Below are positions 40,777-49,075 of a stretch of 64,000 nucleotides of DNA, in pieces. The stretch lies in the NCBI GenBank assembly GCA_024276825.1, contig JAJRWI010000007.1, positions 1 to 64,000 on the forward strand, written 5' to 3'. Position 1 is the first letter of the stretch, and each line of letters opens with the position of its first letter. A model generated the notes under the pieces. It saw only the letters and a program-made list of their open reading frames with translations, did not search any database and had not been told where the DNA came from. A program made the translations under genes and the position numbers. The DNA comes from an archaeon. GTDB taxonomy: Archaea > Asgardarchaeota > Thorarchaeia > Thorarchaeales > Thorarchaeaceae.

Positions 40777-42483
40777 CTAGGATTTTATGAATGATTCAAC
40801 CTCTTTACGGACAATGACTGCCGAACTCCCACCTGAGACCTCGATGAAGACAGCAGAATCAGGAGAGTCGCCAGTAACATAGATAACAAGAGTGAGATCC
40901 TCTGTTCGAATCACTTTTCTCTTTGGTGGTTCAAGGGTTTCCTTTAGTATTGCAGTCATCTTTGGAAAGTGGATGCTTATGTTAGACCACAGATCAGTCC
41001 ATTGCTCAAAGCTCACAGTGAATCGTGAGAGTGTGAGTCTGTGAAGTTCTTCTGACACCCTTCGCAGAAGCATACTTCGGTTTGGAAAGTCGGTTTCACG
41101 GAGAAGAGTTTCTTGGACTTTTGTGAGAGCTGCGACATCTTTCTTGCTAATGCTCCTCTCAATCTCCTTGACCATTCTTACATAGTGTTTCTTGTTTAGC
41201 TCCTTAGCGAATGCAATATAATCAAGGCTTACTAGAAGGTCGCTCTTTGCCATCTCTTTGATTTCTGCAACATCCTCAGCAGTTGCATCACCATGCTCAA
41301 GTCTATGGATAAGGTCTAGCACCGGCCTTCTTTGAGCGAAACGAGCAGTGGCCATCTTTACAAGATGTGTAGTATATTCATACTTATCGCCATAAAATGG
41401 GCGACCCTCAATCTCATCAGATATATATTCAATTCTATGCCAAAAGACCAGCGGTGCAAGCGACTGTATTATCTCAATACTGACCTCTGTTGCTCCCAAT
41501 AACCAAGCCACAGCTTTAGAATAGCGATTCAGGTCCTTTGCCGCTCTTACACTGAGAGGTGTCAATACCTTATTACAAATGCTCTTTTTTGTGTTAAAAT
41601 GGCAACCGTCACATAGACCATTCTGAGGAGTGAGCGTTCTTGACTGACTCTTGTCCGTTCTAATGCATGCCCCAAACTCTCTAATCAGTGACCTCAGGTA
41701 TTCGGAAGCCTCGTCTGAAACAGGAACTTTGTCAGCAAGATTCCAAATAGTCAAGACTTCCTCTTCGTTGAGGATTGCTGGGACCTGCCATAGTTCATCA
41801 TATCCGAACAATCGTTCATCACGGGTTGAGAGAATTAGCTGTAGATCTGTGACCGTTGGCATAGTAATAGGCACCGCAATGCCAAACCTATCGAGGAAGG
41901 GTGGTGCCATCTCAAATGTTCCAGCATCAGTCGGATTAAGAGTTGCATAGAGGCAGTATTCCTCACATCGCATGACTTCATCATAATACTTTAACTCACC
42001 CTCTGCAAGCATTGAGAGAAGGATGTTCTGAGCATGAGGAGTGAGCCTGTTCACTTCATCAATGATCTTCCAGAAATCCTTGACAAAGGCCCTCCAAACT
42101 ACTTCTTCAATGCCATCTTTCATTAGGGGACCAGGTCTTAGTGTGGCGACCATCTTCTCTTCAGTTAGCTGTGGGTGGCCTCGAAGAATCCCCGCCTCGA
42201 TGTCATGAATCCTCTTTCCAGTCATCATACGACCCAGAAGCTTGACTAGTGTTGTCTTGCCACCACCGTGGCCGCCCACAAGCAGCATGGCAGATCTCGG
42301 GACCAGTGCATTGATCACACAGGCCCCAGCAATCAGGGGGATTCTTTTAGATTTCACCTTGCCATTGGTGCCTGTGAATTTGATTGTGAGATTTCTTGAA
42401 TGTACAAAGAGCCCACGACTCTCGACAGTGGCAATTACTCGAAGTACTTTCTGTCTCAATTCTTCATTCTGAGTGACTTGCAT
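40777..42483 (-). CDS. MoxR-family AAA+ ATPase
   Basis: Walker A GGHGGGKT, IDEVNRL...QNILL..LAEG and ATLNP...GTFEM.PPFLDRF; Cys-rich insert CIR..CDGC..C. Confidence 0.88.
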   Translation of the reverse strand: MQVTQNEELRQKVLRVIATVESRGLFVHSRNLTIKFTGTNGKVKSKRIPLIAGACVINALVPRSAMLLVGGHGGGKTTLVKLLGRMMTGKRIHDIEAGILRGHPQLTEEKMVATLRPGPLMKDGIEEVVWRAFVKDFWKIIDEVNRLTPHAQNILLSMLAEGELKYYDEVMRCEEYCLYATLNPTDAGTFEMAPPFLDRFGIAVPITMPTVTDLQLILSTRDERLFGYDELWQVPAILNEEEVLTIWNLADKVPVSDEASEYLRSLIREFGACIRTDKSQSRTLTPQNGLCDGCHFNTKKSICNKVLTPLSVRAAKDLNRYSKAVAWLLGATEVSIEIIQSLAPLVFWHRIEYISDEIEGRPFYGDKYEYTTHLVKMATARFAQRRPVLDLIHRLEHGDATAEDVAEIKEMAKSDLLVSLDYIAFAKELNKKHYVRMVKEIERSISKKDVAALTKVQETLLRETDFPNRSMLLRRVSEELHRLTLSRFTVSFEQWTDLWSNISIHFPKMTAILKETLEPPKRKVIRTEDLTLVIYVTGDSPDSAVFIEVSGGSSAVIVRKEVESFIKS

Positions 42484-42661
42484 GTCAGATAATCCCTAGA
42501 ATTTATCACTATTGAACTTTCACACTTTGCCGTTTAAAGATACGCTAATACGGACTTGATACCACGGTTATTAGTCAGCTACTGCTTAATAACGGGTGAT
42601 ATTGGCGCGATTCTCACACACTTGCCGAATGAATAATATAGACTGACGAGTTTGTTTCGTA

Positions 42662-43735
42662 ATGGAGGAATCAGAGTTATATTCAGAAATGGTGGAGCTA
42701 ATAGACTCGGACGAGTTCAAGAAAGAGAAGATAAGTCAGTATTCCATCAACATTGAGGCAGAGAACTTTCTTTCTACACTTGAGAGGTATGCAAGTGTTA
42801 AGAGCCATCTTGAAGAGATTGGACTATCGTTTAATGGCAGGGTGCTCATTATTGGCACTTCAGGCACAGATTTTCGAGCATTCGCGACCAAGATTGCAAA
42901 AGACAGGCAATACAAGATTGCAACGCTGAGGATGAATCAGATACTTGGTAATGTTGACAGGCAACTTGAAGGGATCAGACTACTGTTTGAGATGGCAAGA
43001 AGAAATGCACCTTGCATCCTTAGTCTTGAACAGGTCGATGTCATTGCTCCCAGCAAATCATCATCTGGAGCACTATTAATGCAAGAACTCAATAGTATAA
43101 CATGGAGCGAAAATGAGATAGTAACAATTGCCACAACCACTCAACCAGATAATATTGATAGAGATCTCTTGGAGTTATTCGGAAGTATCATAGTGGTTGA
43201 AGGAACCACTCTTGATGACCGCGTGCGTGTATTTGAATCTGTCTTAAGGAATAGAGAACATATGCCAGTGACAACCCTGGCTGAGCTGACTAGGGGTTGG
43301 AGCTTTATAGAAGTCATTCATCTTGCAATTAATATATTGATCAAAACATCTGATGATGAACAAAGGCAAACGAGAGAGGCAATTGAACGCCTGATTGAGG
43401 AGTCAAGAGTCATTCCAATTAGCAGAGCAGGTCTCATTGCATCAATCACCGAAAGAATCAGAGGGCAAGTAGTGGGTAGGTCAAAGCACATTGATGTTGA
43501 GTATCCTGAAGAGTTCGTAGAACAGCTGTATCTTGAGGCAGTTGCAGACGATTACTCGAGTACTCAGAGAGTCATTGATACTTTGAACTCAAACATGCCA
43601 CTCTCAGAGGAAGACTTGAGATTCTTAACACGGTATCCATTCATTTTGGCTGGGACATCTGAAGAAAGAACGATGAATCTGATTAAGGCTAAGAGGACAA
43701 TCGATAGACTCCGAAGAATAATGGGAAGAAAATAG
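42662..43735 (+). CDS. Classic-clade (CDC48/Vps4/PAN-like) AAA-domain protein with degenerate catalytic motifs
   Basis: VLIIGTSGTDFR (Walker A lacks GK), LFEMARRNAPCILSLEQVD (Walker B altered), IATTTQPDNIDRDLLELF (Arg fingers absent), R..VF and T.GWS..EV. Confidence 0.7.
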   Translation: MEESELYSEMVELIDSDEFKKEKISQYSINIEAENFLSTLERYASVKSHLEEIGLSFNGRVLIIGTSGTDFRAFATKIAKDRQYKIATLRMNQILGNVDRQLEGIRLLFEMARRNAPCILSLEQVDVIAPSKSSSGALLMQELNSITWSENEIVTIATTTQPDNIDRDLLELFGSIIVVEGTTLDDRVRVFESVLRNREHMPVTTLAELTRGWSFIEVIHLAINILIKTSDDEQRQTREAIERLIEESRVIPISRAGLIASITERIRGQVVGRSKHIDVEYPEEFVEQLYLEAVADDYSSTQRVIDTLNSNMPLSEEDLRFLTRYPFILAGTSEERTMNLIKAKRTIDRLRRIMGRK

Positions 43736-43749
43736 AGGGAATGTGAATA

Positions 43750-46700
43750 TTGAGTGAGAGTAGGGTGTTCATAGAGTCTGTTCGACTGCACAATTTTCTC
43801 TCATTTTATGATGAGACCGTCGAGCTCGATAGGGGTCTCACCGTGATAGTTGGGCATAACGGCTCAGGCAAGACCTCAATATTCCAAGGCATCAAATTTG
43901 CAATGGGATCCAATCAGCGAGATGAGCGATATCCCAAATGGAGCGATTTTGTAAGGAATGGCGCATCAATGGCAGAAGTTGAGGTCGTCTTGAACATTAA
44001 TGGAACAAAACGAAGAATACTTCGGAAAATTGACAGAAGGGGGCATCCACAGCCATATATTGATGGGAAGCGTGTGAAGGCCGCATATCTTCAGGAGTTT
44101 GTTTCATCATTGAAGTTTGATGTGAACAATAGTCTAGTATTCATGCCACAGGAGAAGATTAACTCGCTTCGCGATATGAACCCCATAACTGTCAGAAAAC
44201 TCATTGAGGAAGGAACTGGACTTGATGCTCTCAGGGAGAGAATTCTTGCTCAAGAAGTCAATGTTGACCTGAATAGAACCAGACTTCAACAGACTCTGGA
44301 AGAATCACATATAGTAGAAAAAGAACTTGAATACATTCGAGAGAAAGTAGAGCGGCTGAAGAAAAAGAGAGAATTGCAGAAAAGAGAGAATGTGCTTGAA
44401 ACAGAAGCAAAATGGGCCCTGTTTATTGATCGGACAGATAGGGTTGAAGAAACCAGAGAGAAGATTGAGGAACAGGAGCAGGGGCTATTAGAGATCTTTG
44501 AGAGATCCAAAGGCCTTCAGAGTGAGATTAAACAAAGAGAAGAAACAATCTCAGAGATTCAAGAGAAAATAGATAGTCTGAGAAAAGAACAGATGGACAT
44601 CCAATTGAAGATCAATAGAAAGGAAAATGAGATAGAAAGCAAGAGAAGTGAAGACAGACGGAATCTAGAGGAACTGAAAAAGCTTCAGGGATTGTTAAAG
44701 AAGAACGAAAGAACACTCAAAGATAGAAAAAAACGACTTGTTCAAATTGCTAAGAGAAGAGAGAAGCTCAAACTTAGGGCTGAAACTTTGAAGGAGTCAA
44801 TTGAAAAATACGAGAGGGACCTTGAAGGCGTAGAGGCTGCACTGGACAGATTTGCAGAATGGACCCAGAAGAGAAATGAGATGCAAGGTAAACTAAATGC
44901 AGTACTGTATGATAAAAAGAACAAGGAGTTTAAACTACGAAGCCTGAAAGAAAAGCTTCTGATCGAACAGGCAGAACTGGAAGATATCGAGCGGAGCTGG
45001 CAGGGAATCTGGTCATCCCTTGAAGATCTTGACGAACGAGAACTCAATCGAAGAATGGGAGCGATTGAGAGAGAGATCGAGTCATTAAATGAACAGAGAA
45101 TCAGTATGCTAAGCAGGCTATCTGATATCAAGAAGCAAATCAGTACAATAAAAGCTCAACTCGCTGAGAAGGACAATCGAATTCCTGAGGCCGTTCGATC
45201 ACTCAAAAGAGCCATTGATGAACATCAATTAGAGAGTGTCTATGGTCCCATCTCAGATCTTTTGGGAGGAGTGAGGGAGTTTGCAGAACTGCTTGAATGG
45301 GTGTTTCCAGATAATTCGATATTCTCATTCATCGTGACTGATAAAGCAGATGGCATTCTAGTTCAGAAACTGCGTGATGGAATCGGTGCTCCATCACCAA
45401 TTGTCATAGTCAAAGGCAATGCCACTGCGGAGCCCATTAAGTTGCCAAAAGACCCATCTATAATCGGACCATTATGGGACCTCTTGGAACTTGACTCACA
45501 TCTGGCAGAGGTATTAAAAGCGGCATATGGAGAGTTCATTGTTGTAAAGACAAATCAAGCCGCCAAGCGAATTGCATCAAGAATTGGGATGAATGTGGTT
45601 TCTTTAAAGGGAGCAGTCATAATTCAGAGAGAAGCTTCTCTAATCAGTCTGCCAGTCATTGAACCCAGCGGGATATTGGTCACTGCCCCCTTGCAGACAA
45701 GACTAAAAGCGCTTCAGAGAGAAGAGGTCAGGGTCAATAAGCAAATCACCGAGATAATGAGAAAAACGGAGGAGTTGAGAGAAGAGGGCGAGCAAGTCAG
45801 AAACACACTCAGTCAGATCCGTTCTAGGACTGAGGTCTGGGAGAAGAGAAGGGTATTGTCTGGAAGCATAACAACACTACAAGAACGCATTGCAGTTCTT
45901 AATGATGAACTTGTAGAAATCGATAAGCAACATGGTGAGTATGAGCGAGGTCTCAGAAGGCTTGACGAATCACAGCCCCCAGAGAGAGAGAAACTTGTGA
46001 GCAGACAAAGGGCATTAAACTTCAAACTCCGTGAGCTTGCCAAGGAGCAGCTAGGTATCGAACATAGTTTCGACTCATTATTTGACGAGGAAGATGATAT
46101 TGAAAATAAGATTAAGCAGCTTAAAGAAGACAATGAGATGTTATCAGAGCAGATTATTGAAATCCGTGAGAGCATTGATAATTCAGAGTCAGCTATATCT
46201 GATATAATGCAAGAGATTGAAATGTTACAACAATCATTCGATAATACCAATATCGAGATAATTAGATTAAAGGAAGAACTGGTGGAGAATGAGGAGGAGT
46301 TGTCAGAACTACGTGAAAGACTGGTGGAGTTGAATGTTGCAATCCGCACACATAAGACCGATGTGGCCCATCTAAGAAGACAACTCACGATTCTTGAAGA
46401 CGAACTTGAACGGCTCAGTTCAGAACTCAAAGAGAAGACTCGGCCAGAGAGTACAAGGCCTTTGGATCAGGTTCAGGAAGAACTTGTGGAAGTAAAAATA
46501 CTATTGAAAAGTTATGAAGATGTTTCTGAATCAGTGGCTCACAAGCAAGAGAAACTGACAGAGCGGCTGAACAGACTTGTGGAGAAATCGGCAGAACTCC
46601 AAAGGGAGCTGGAAGAGGCAGAACTTGCTGTTAAGAATATCAAGGAGCAATATCATAACGAAATGGGCGAAATGTTGGCTGACATTCAGAATAAGATTAA

Positions 46701-47118
46701 TGCAATCCTCGAACGAATTGACTTCCCAGGAACTGTCAGACTTGTACTTAAAAACATGGGCAACGAGTATGGTGTTGAGATCAAGTCAAACATCAAAGAC
46801 ACAGAGTATAAAGACATCAATGCCTGTTCAGGTGGGGAGAGGTCACTCTTGTCCCTTGGATTAATCCTCGCACTTCAAGAGTTCAATGCTGCCCCCACAT
46901 ACGCCTTTGATGAGATTGATGTCTTTCTTGATGCCACCAATACCGAGAACGTCGCATCGCTCCTTCATAATGCTTCTCTTGCAAGTCAGTTTATCGTGTT
47001 TACACCTGCAAGAAGTACTATCTTTCTTAGATATGCAGACAAGTTACTGGGAGTTGCGCAAGGGAGAAACAGATCATCAGTAATAATTGAGGGACCAAGG
47101 TGTGGGAGGAATGACTAA
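43750..47118 (+). CDS. SMC-family ATPase, SMC5/6-like
   Basis: LHNFLS, VGHNGSGKTS, Q-loop FMPQEKI, long coiled coils, hinge VYGPISDL..FIVTD..D, SGGERS, FDEIDVFLD and QFIVFTP. Confidence 0.92.
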   Translation: MSESRVFIESVRLHNFLSFYDETVELDRGLTVIVGHNGSGKTSIFQGIKFAMGSNQRDERYPKWSDFVRNGASMAEVEVVLNINGTKRRILRKIDRRGHPQPYIDGKRVKAAYLQEFVSSLKFDVNNSLVFMPQEKINSLRDMNPITVRKLIEEGTGLDALRERILAQEVNVDLNRTRLQQTLEESHIVEKELEYIREKVERLKKKRELQKRENVLETEAKWALFIDRTDRVEETREKIEEQEQGLLEIFERSKGLQSEIKQREETISEIQEKIDSLRKEQMDIQLKINRKENEIESKRSEDRRNLEELKKLQGLLKKNERTLKDRKKRLVQIAKRREKLKLRAETLKESIEKYERDLEGVEAALDRFAEWTQKRNEMQGKLNAVLYDKKNKEFKLRSLKEKLLIEQAELEDIERSWQGIWSSLEDLDERELNRRMGAIEREIESLNEQRISMLSRLSDIKKQISTIKAQLAEKDNRIPEAVRSLKRAIDEHQLESVYGPISDLLGGVREFAELLEWVFPDNSIFSFIVTDKADGILVQKLRDGIGAPSPIVIVKGNATAEPIKLPKDPSIIGPLWDLLELDSHLAEVLKAAYGEFIVVKTNQAAKRIASRIGMNVVSLKGAVIIQREASLISLPVIEPSGILVTAPLQTRLKALQREEVRVNKQITEIMRKTEELREEGEQVRNTLSQIRSRTEVWEKRRVLSGSITTLQERIAVLNDELVEIDKQHGEYERGLRRLDESQPPEREKLVSRQRALNFKLRELAKEQLGIEHSFDSLFDEEDDIENKIKQLKEDNEMLSEQIIEIRESIDNSESAISDIMQEIEMLQQSFDNTNIEIIRLKEELVENEEELSELRERLVELNVAIRTHKTDVAHLRRQLTILEDELERLSSELKEKTRPESTRPLDQVQEELVEVKILLKSYEDVSESVAHKQEKLTERLNRLVEKSAELQRELEEAELAVKNIKEQYHNEMGEMLADIQNKINAILERIDFPGTVRLVLKNMGNEYGVEIKSNIKDTEYKDINACSGGERSLLSLGLILALQEFNAAPTYAFDEIDVFLDATNTENVASLLHNASLASQFIVFTPARSTIFLRYADKLLGVAQGRNRSSVIIEGPRCGRND

Positions 47119-47752
47119 AGCAGTGATGCAAGATATTGCCAAAAGAGTCTTCGCGCTATCAAAGCAAGTTCAGCAGGGGGAATTGGATCCTCTAGATGTG
47201 CCACTTACAGAAGAATATCAGACTCTATGTCGTTTAATTGCAGATGTCAGCGACCGGCTGGATATTGATGAGATGCTAAATGCATTGCTTAATCAAAAGG
47301 TCATAAGGATACAGGAGTTAGCAAGAGTACTTGCAACACCTGACATCTATGTTGAATATCTCAGATCAATCCCTGTCAGAAGGCTGGCCAATTTGATGTC
47401 TTACAAGAGACCATTGGTCATTGCAAGACTAGATCTTGATAGTATGACGGCATCACTCACAAGAGTAATGGCAATTATAGATTCAATCTCTGCAGATCCT
47501 CCCGAAGAGATAGTCCCCGAAATTTCAGAAGTGCCTCCTGATTTCAAGATTGACTCTGAGAGTGCCCTTTTCATTGACGAGATGAGGGAGTTTGAAGAAA
47601 CCATTCCAAGGGGAGTGAGAGTGCCATTAAACACCATCATTTTTTCGGAGGATGAGGAGGTTCATCTGAGACGATTTCTGTTTGTGATACTCCTGATAAG
47701 TAGAGGAGATCTGGTGTACTACAAAGAAACACAAGAAATCATGCGAGAATGA
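47111..47752 (+). CDS. Kleisin (ScpA/Nse4-like)
   Basis: GELDPLDVPL resembles the ScpA N-terminus; C-terminal RFLFVILLISRGDL resembles the kleisin winged helix; ATG at 47111 follows GGAGG and overlaps the SMC stop. Confidence 0.72.
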   Translation: MTKAVMQDIAKRVFALSKQVQQGELDPLDVPLTEEYQTLCRLIADVSDRLDIDEMLNALLNQKVIRIQELARVLATPDIYVEYLRSIPVRRLANLMSYKRPLVIARLDLDSMTASLTRVMAIIDSISADPPEEIVPEISEVPPDFKIDSESALFIDEMREFEETIPRGVRVPLNTIIFSEDEEVHLRRFLFVILLISRGDLVYYKETQEIMRE

Positions 47753-47764
47753 GGAGATAAAGAC

Positions 47765-48277
47765 TTGAACGAGTTCACCATATTGATGAAACTTCTCACA
47801 AGAACGGGCGACCCCATTGGGTCATCAATGGAGGACATGCTGGAAGCATTGGATGTGCCCGAGGACGTGGGACCCCAGTATGTATATTCTCTATTGAAGG
47901 GCCTACATCTTAAGCTCAAGGAGATAGGGCTCACAATTCAATTTAATCCATTAAGTCAGGTTTACTATATCGACACTGTTACTAGCTTCGAAGCAATTCC
48001 TGACGAGTCGGGTCTGGCTGATAGATTGGCAGCAACGTTGTTGATTATCATCACATTGGCCTTTCAAGAGGGGGGGTGGGTTTCATTGGGAAGAATCAAG
48101 GAGTTTAGAAGAAAGAGTTTGGCTGGAATTCGTGCTGATATTAGAGATCTTGAGAGTCTGGGCTATGTTGAGTTTGACAGGATTAATGAGCAGGTCAGGC
48201 CTGGGACAAGGATCCCATTTGAAATAGACTATGAAGAGTTCTTTAGAAGGCTCTCAGATTTCAAAGAAGATTCATGA
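47765..48277 (+). CDS. KITE protein (tandem winged helix; Nse3/MAGE- or ScpB-like)
   Basis: LHLKLKEIGLTI...YYI followed by TLLIIITLAFQEGGWVS..RIKEF and LESLGYVE; directly after the kleisin. Confidence 0.65.
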   Translation: MNEFTILMKLLTRTGDPIGSSMEDMLEALDVPEDVGPQYVYSLLKGLHLKLKEIGLTIQFNPLSQVYYIDTVTSFEAIPDESGLADRLAATLLIIITLAFQEGGWVSLGRIKEFRRKSLAGIRADIRDLESLGYVEFDRINEQVRPGTRIPFEIDYEEFFRRLSDFKEDS

Positions 48278-48332
48278 AACAATGATAAATTTGTCATGCT
48301 TTTCATTCCTCTGTCAATAGTTTTATCAACCC

Positions 48333-48719
48333 ATGTCATCCTTCAGAAATCGAACAGATATGTCACACCGCAGAGCACTTAGATTCTCAAAGACAACCTG
48401 CCCCTACTGTGGGGGACGAGAGGTTGCTCGCGATGACCTAAAAGGTGACCTTATCTGTACAACGTGCGGTGAAGTTGTTTCGCGAAGAGAAACCCGTGCG
48501 GTTGGAAAATTCGATGTTGCCCAGACTCTGAAGAGAAATGGTAAGATGGACTTTAGAACCTTAAGAGAAGCAACTGGTGCTTCCGATGACAAGTTGTTTG
48601 CAGTCCTACAGAGCATGATTCAGATGGGGCTGTTACAGGAGATTGGAGGCGTTTACTCTCTCACTAAGAGGGGGCAACGTTGGTATCGTCAGCGATTAGG
48701 TCAAGAATGGGGATATTGA
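48333..48719 (+). CDS. TFIIB-type Zn-ribbon plus winged-helix protein
   Basis: CPYCGG..V.RD...GDLICTTCGEV; C-terminal L..M...GLL....YSLTKRG. Confidence 0.75.
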   Translation: MSSFRNRTDMSHRRALRFSKTTCPYCGGREVARDDLKGDLICTTCGEVVSRRETRAVGKFDVAQTLKRNGKMDFRTLREATGASDDKLFAVLQSMIQMGLLQEIGGVYSLTKRGQRWYRQRLGQEWGY

Positions 48720-48842
48720 GATGCAAATGATGCATCTCGAGCTAAACAGTGGATACTGCTAATGCCGCCATAACCATTGATTGTTTTTGCCTCATTTTCC
48801 GCTAACTATTACTTTATTAAAAAAGAAATGCATTTTAAATTG

Positions 48843-48959
48843 GAGTCCGACTTGGGAGCTAACACATATCTCCCCTCCAGTCATTTGAGACATCCTCAAT
48901 GACAGGGAATAACCACGCGAATTTACCTACTTTCTTCATTTTACTCCCAAGTTGGGCTC
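48843..48959. repeat. Imperfect 16-bp inverted repeat enclosing a nested hairpin
   Basis: gagtccgacttgggag (48843-48858) pairs with ctcccaagttgggctc (48944-48959), 14 Watson-Crick plus 2 G-U on the + strand; inner gtcatttgag-acatc-ctcaatgac. Confidence 0.75.
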
Positions 48960-49030
48960 AACCTTTCATATTTTCTCTCGTCATTCAAAGATCAGGCATC
49001 AATGATATTTGTGATTGGTGATTACGATAA

Positions 49031-49056
49031 GAAAAGAGGGGGCTCACGTTGAGCCC
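49031..49056 (-). terminator. Putative hairpin/U-tract terminator of the metalloprotease gene
   Basis: gggctca-cgt-tgagccc stem followed on the minus strand by cctcttttctt, about 20 nt after the stop at 49076. Confidence 0.5.
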
Positions 49057-49075
49057 ATATTTTGAATTTTTTAGC

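Noticed and set aside
41599-41613. CxxCH (CDGCH) in the MoxR ATPase as a haem site
   Set aside because: Cytoplasmic protein without a signal peptide; flanking Cys residues suggest a Zn or Fe-S site
45813-46430. Ser-rich antisense ORFs here and the many other short ORFs overlapping real genes (e.g. 830-1045, 39783-40352, 62650-62988)
   Set aside because: Shadow frames of well-supported genes on the opposite strand or in another frame
43750-48719. Wadjet (JetABCD) or Rad50/Mre11 call
   Set aside because: No Toprim JetD or nuclease gene, a globular hinge instead of a Zn hook, and gene order and motifs fit SMC5/6-like better
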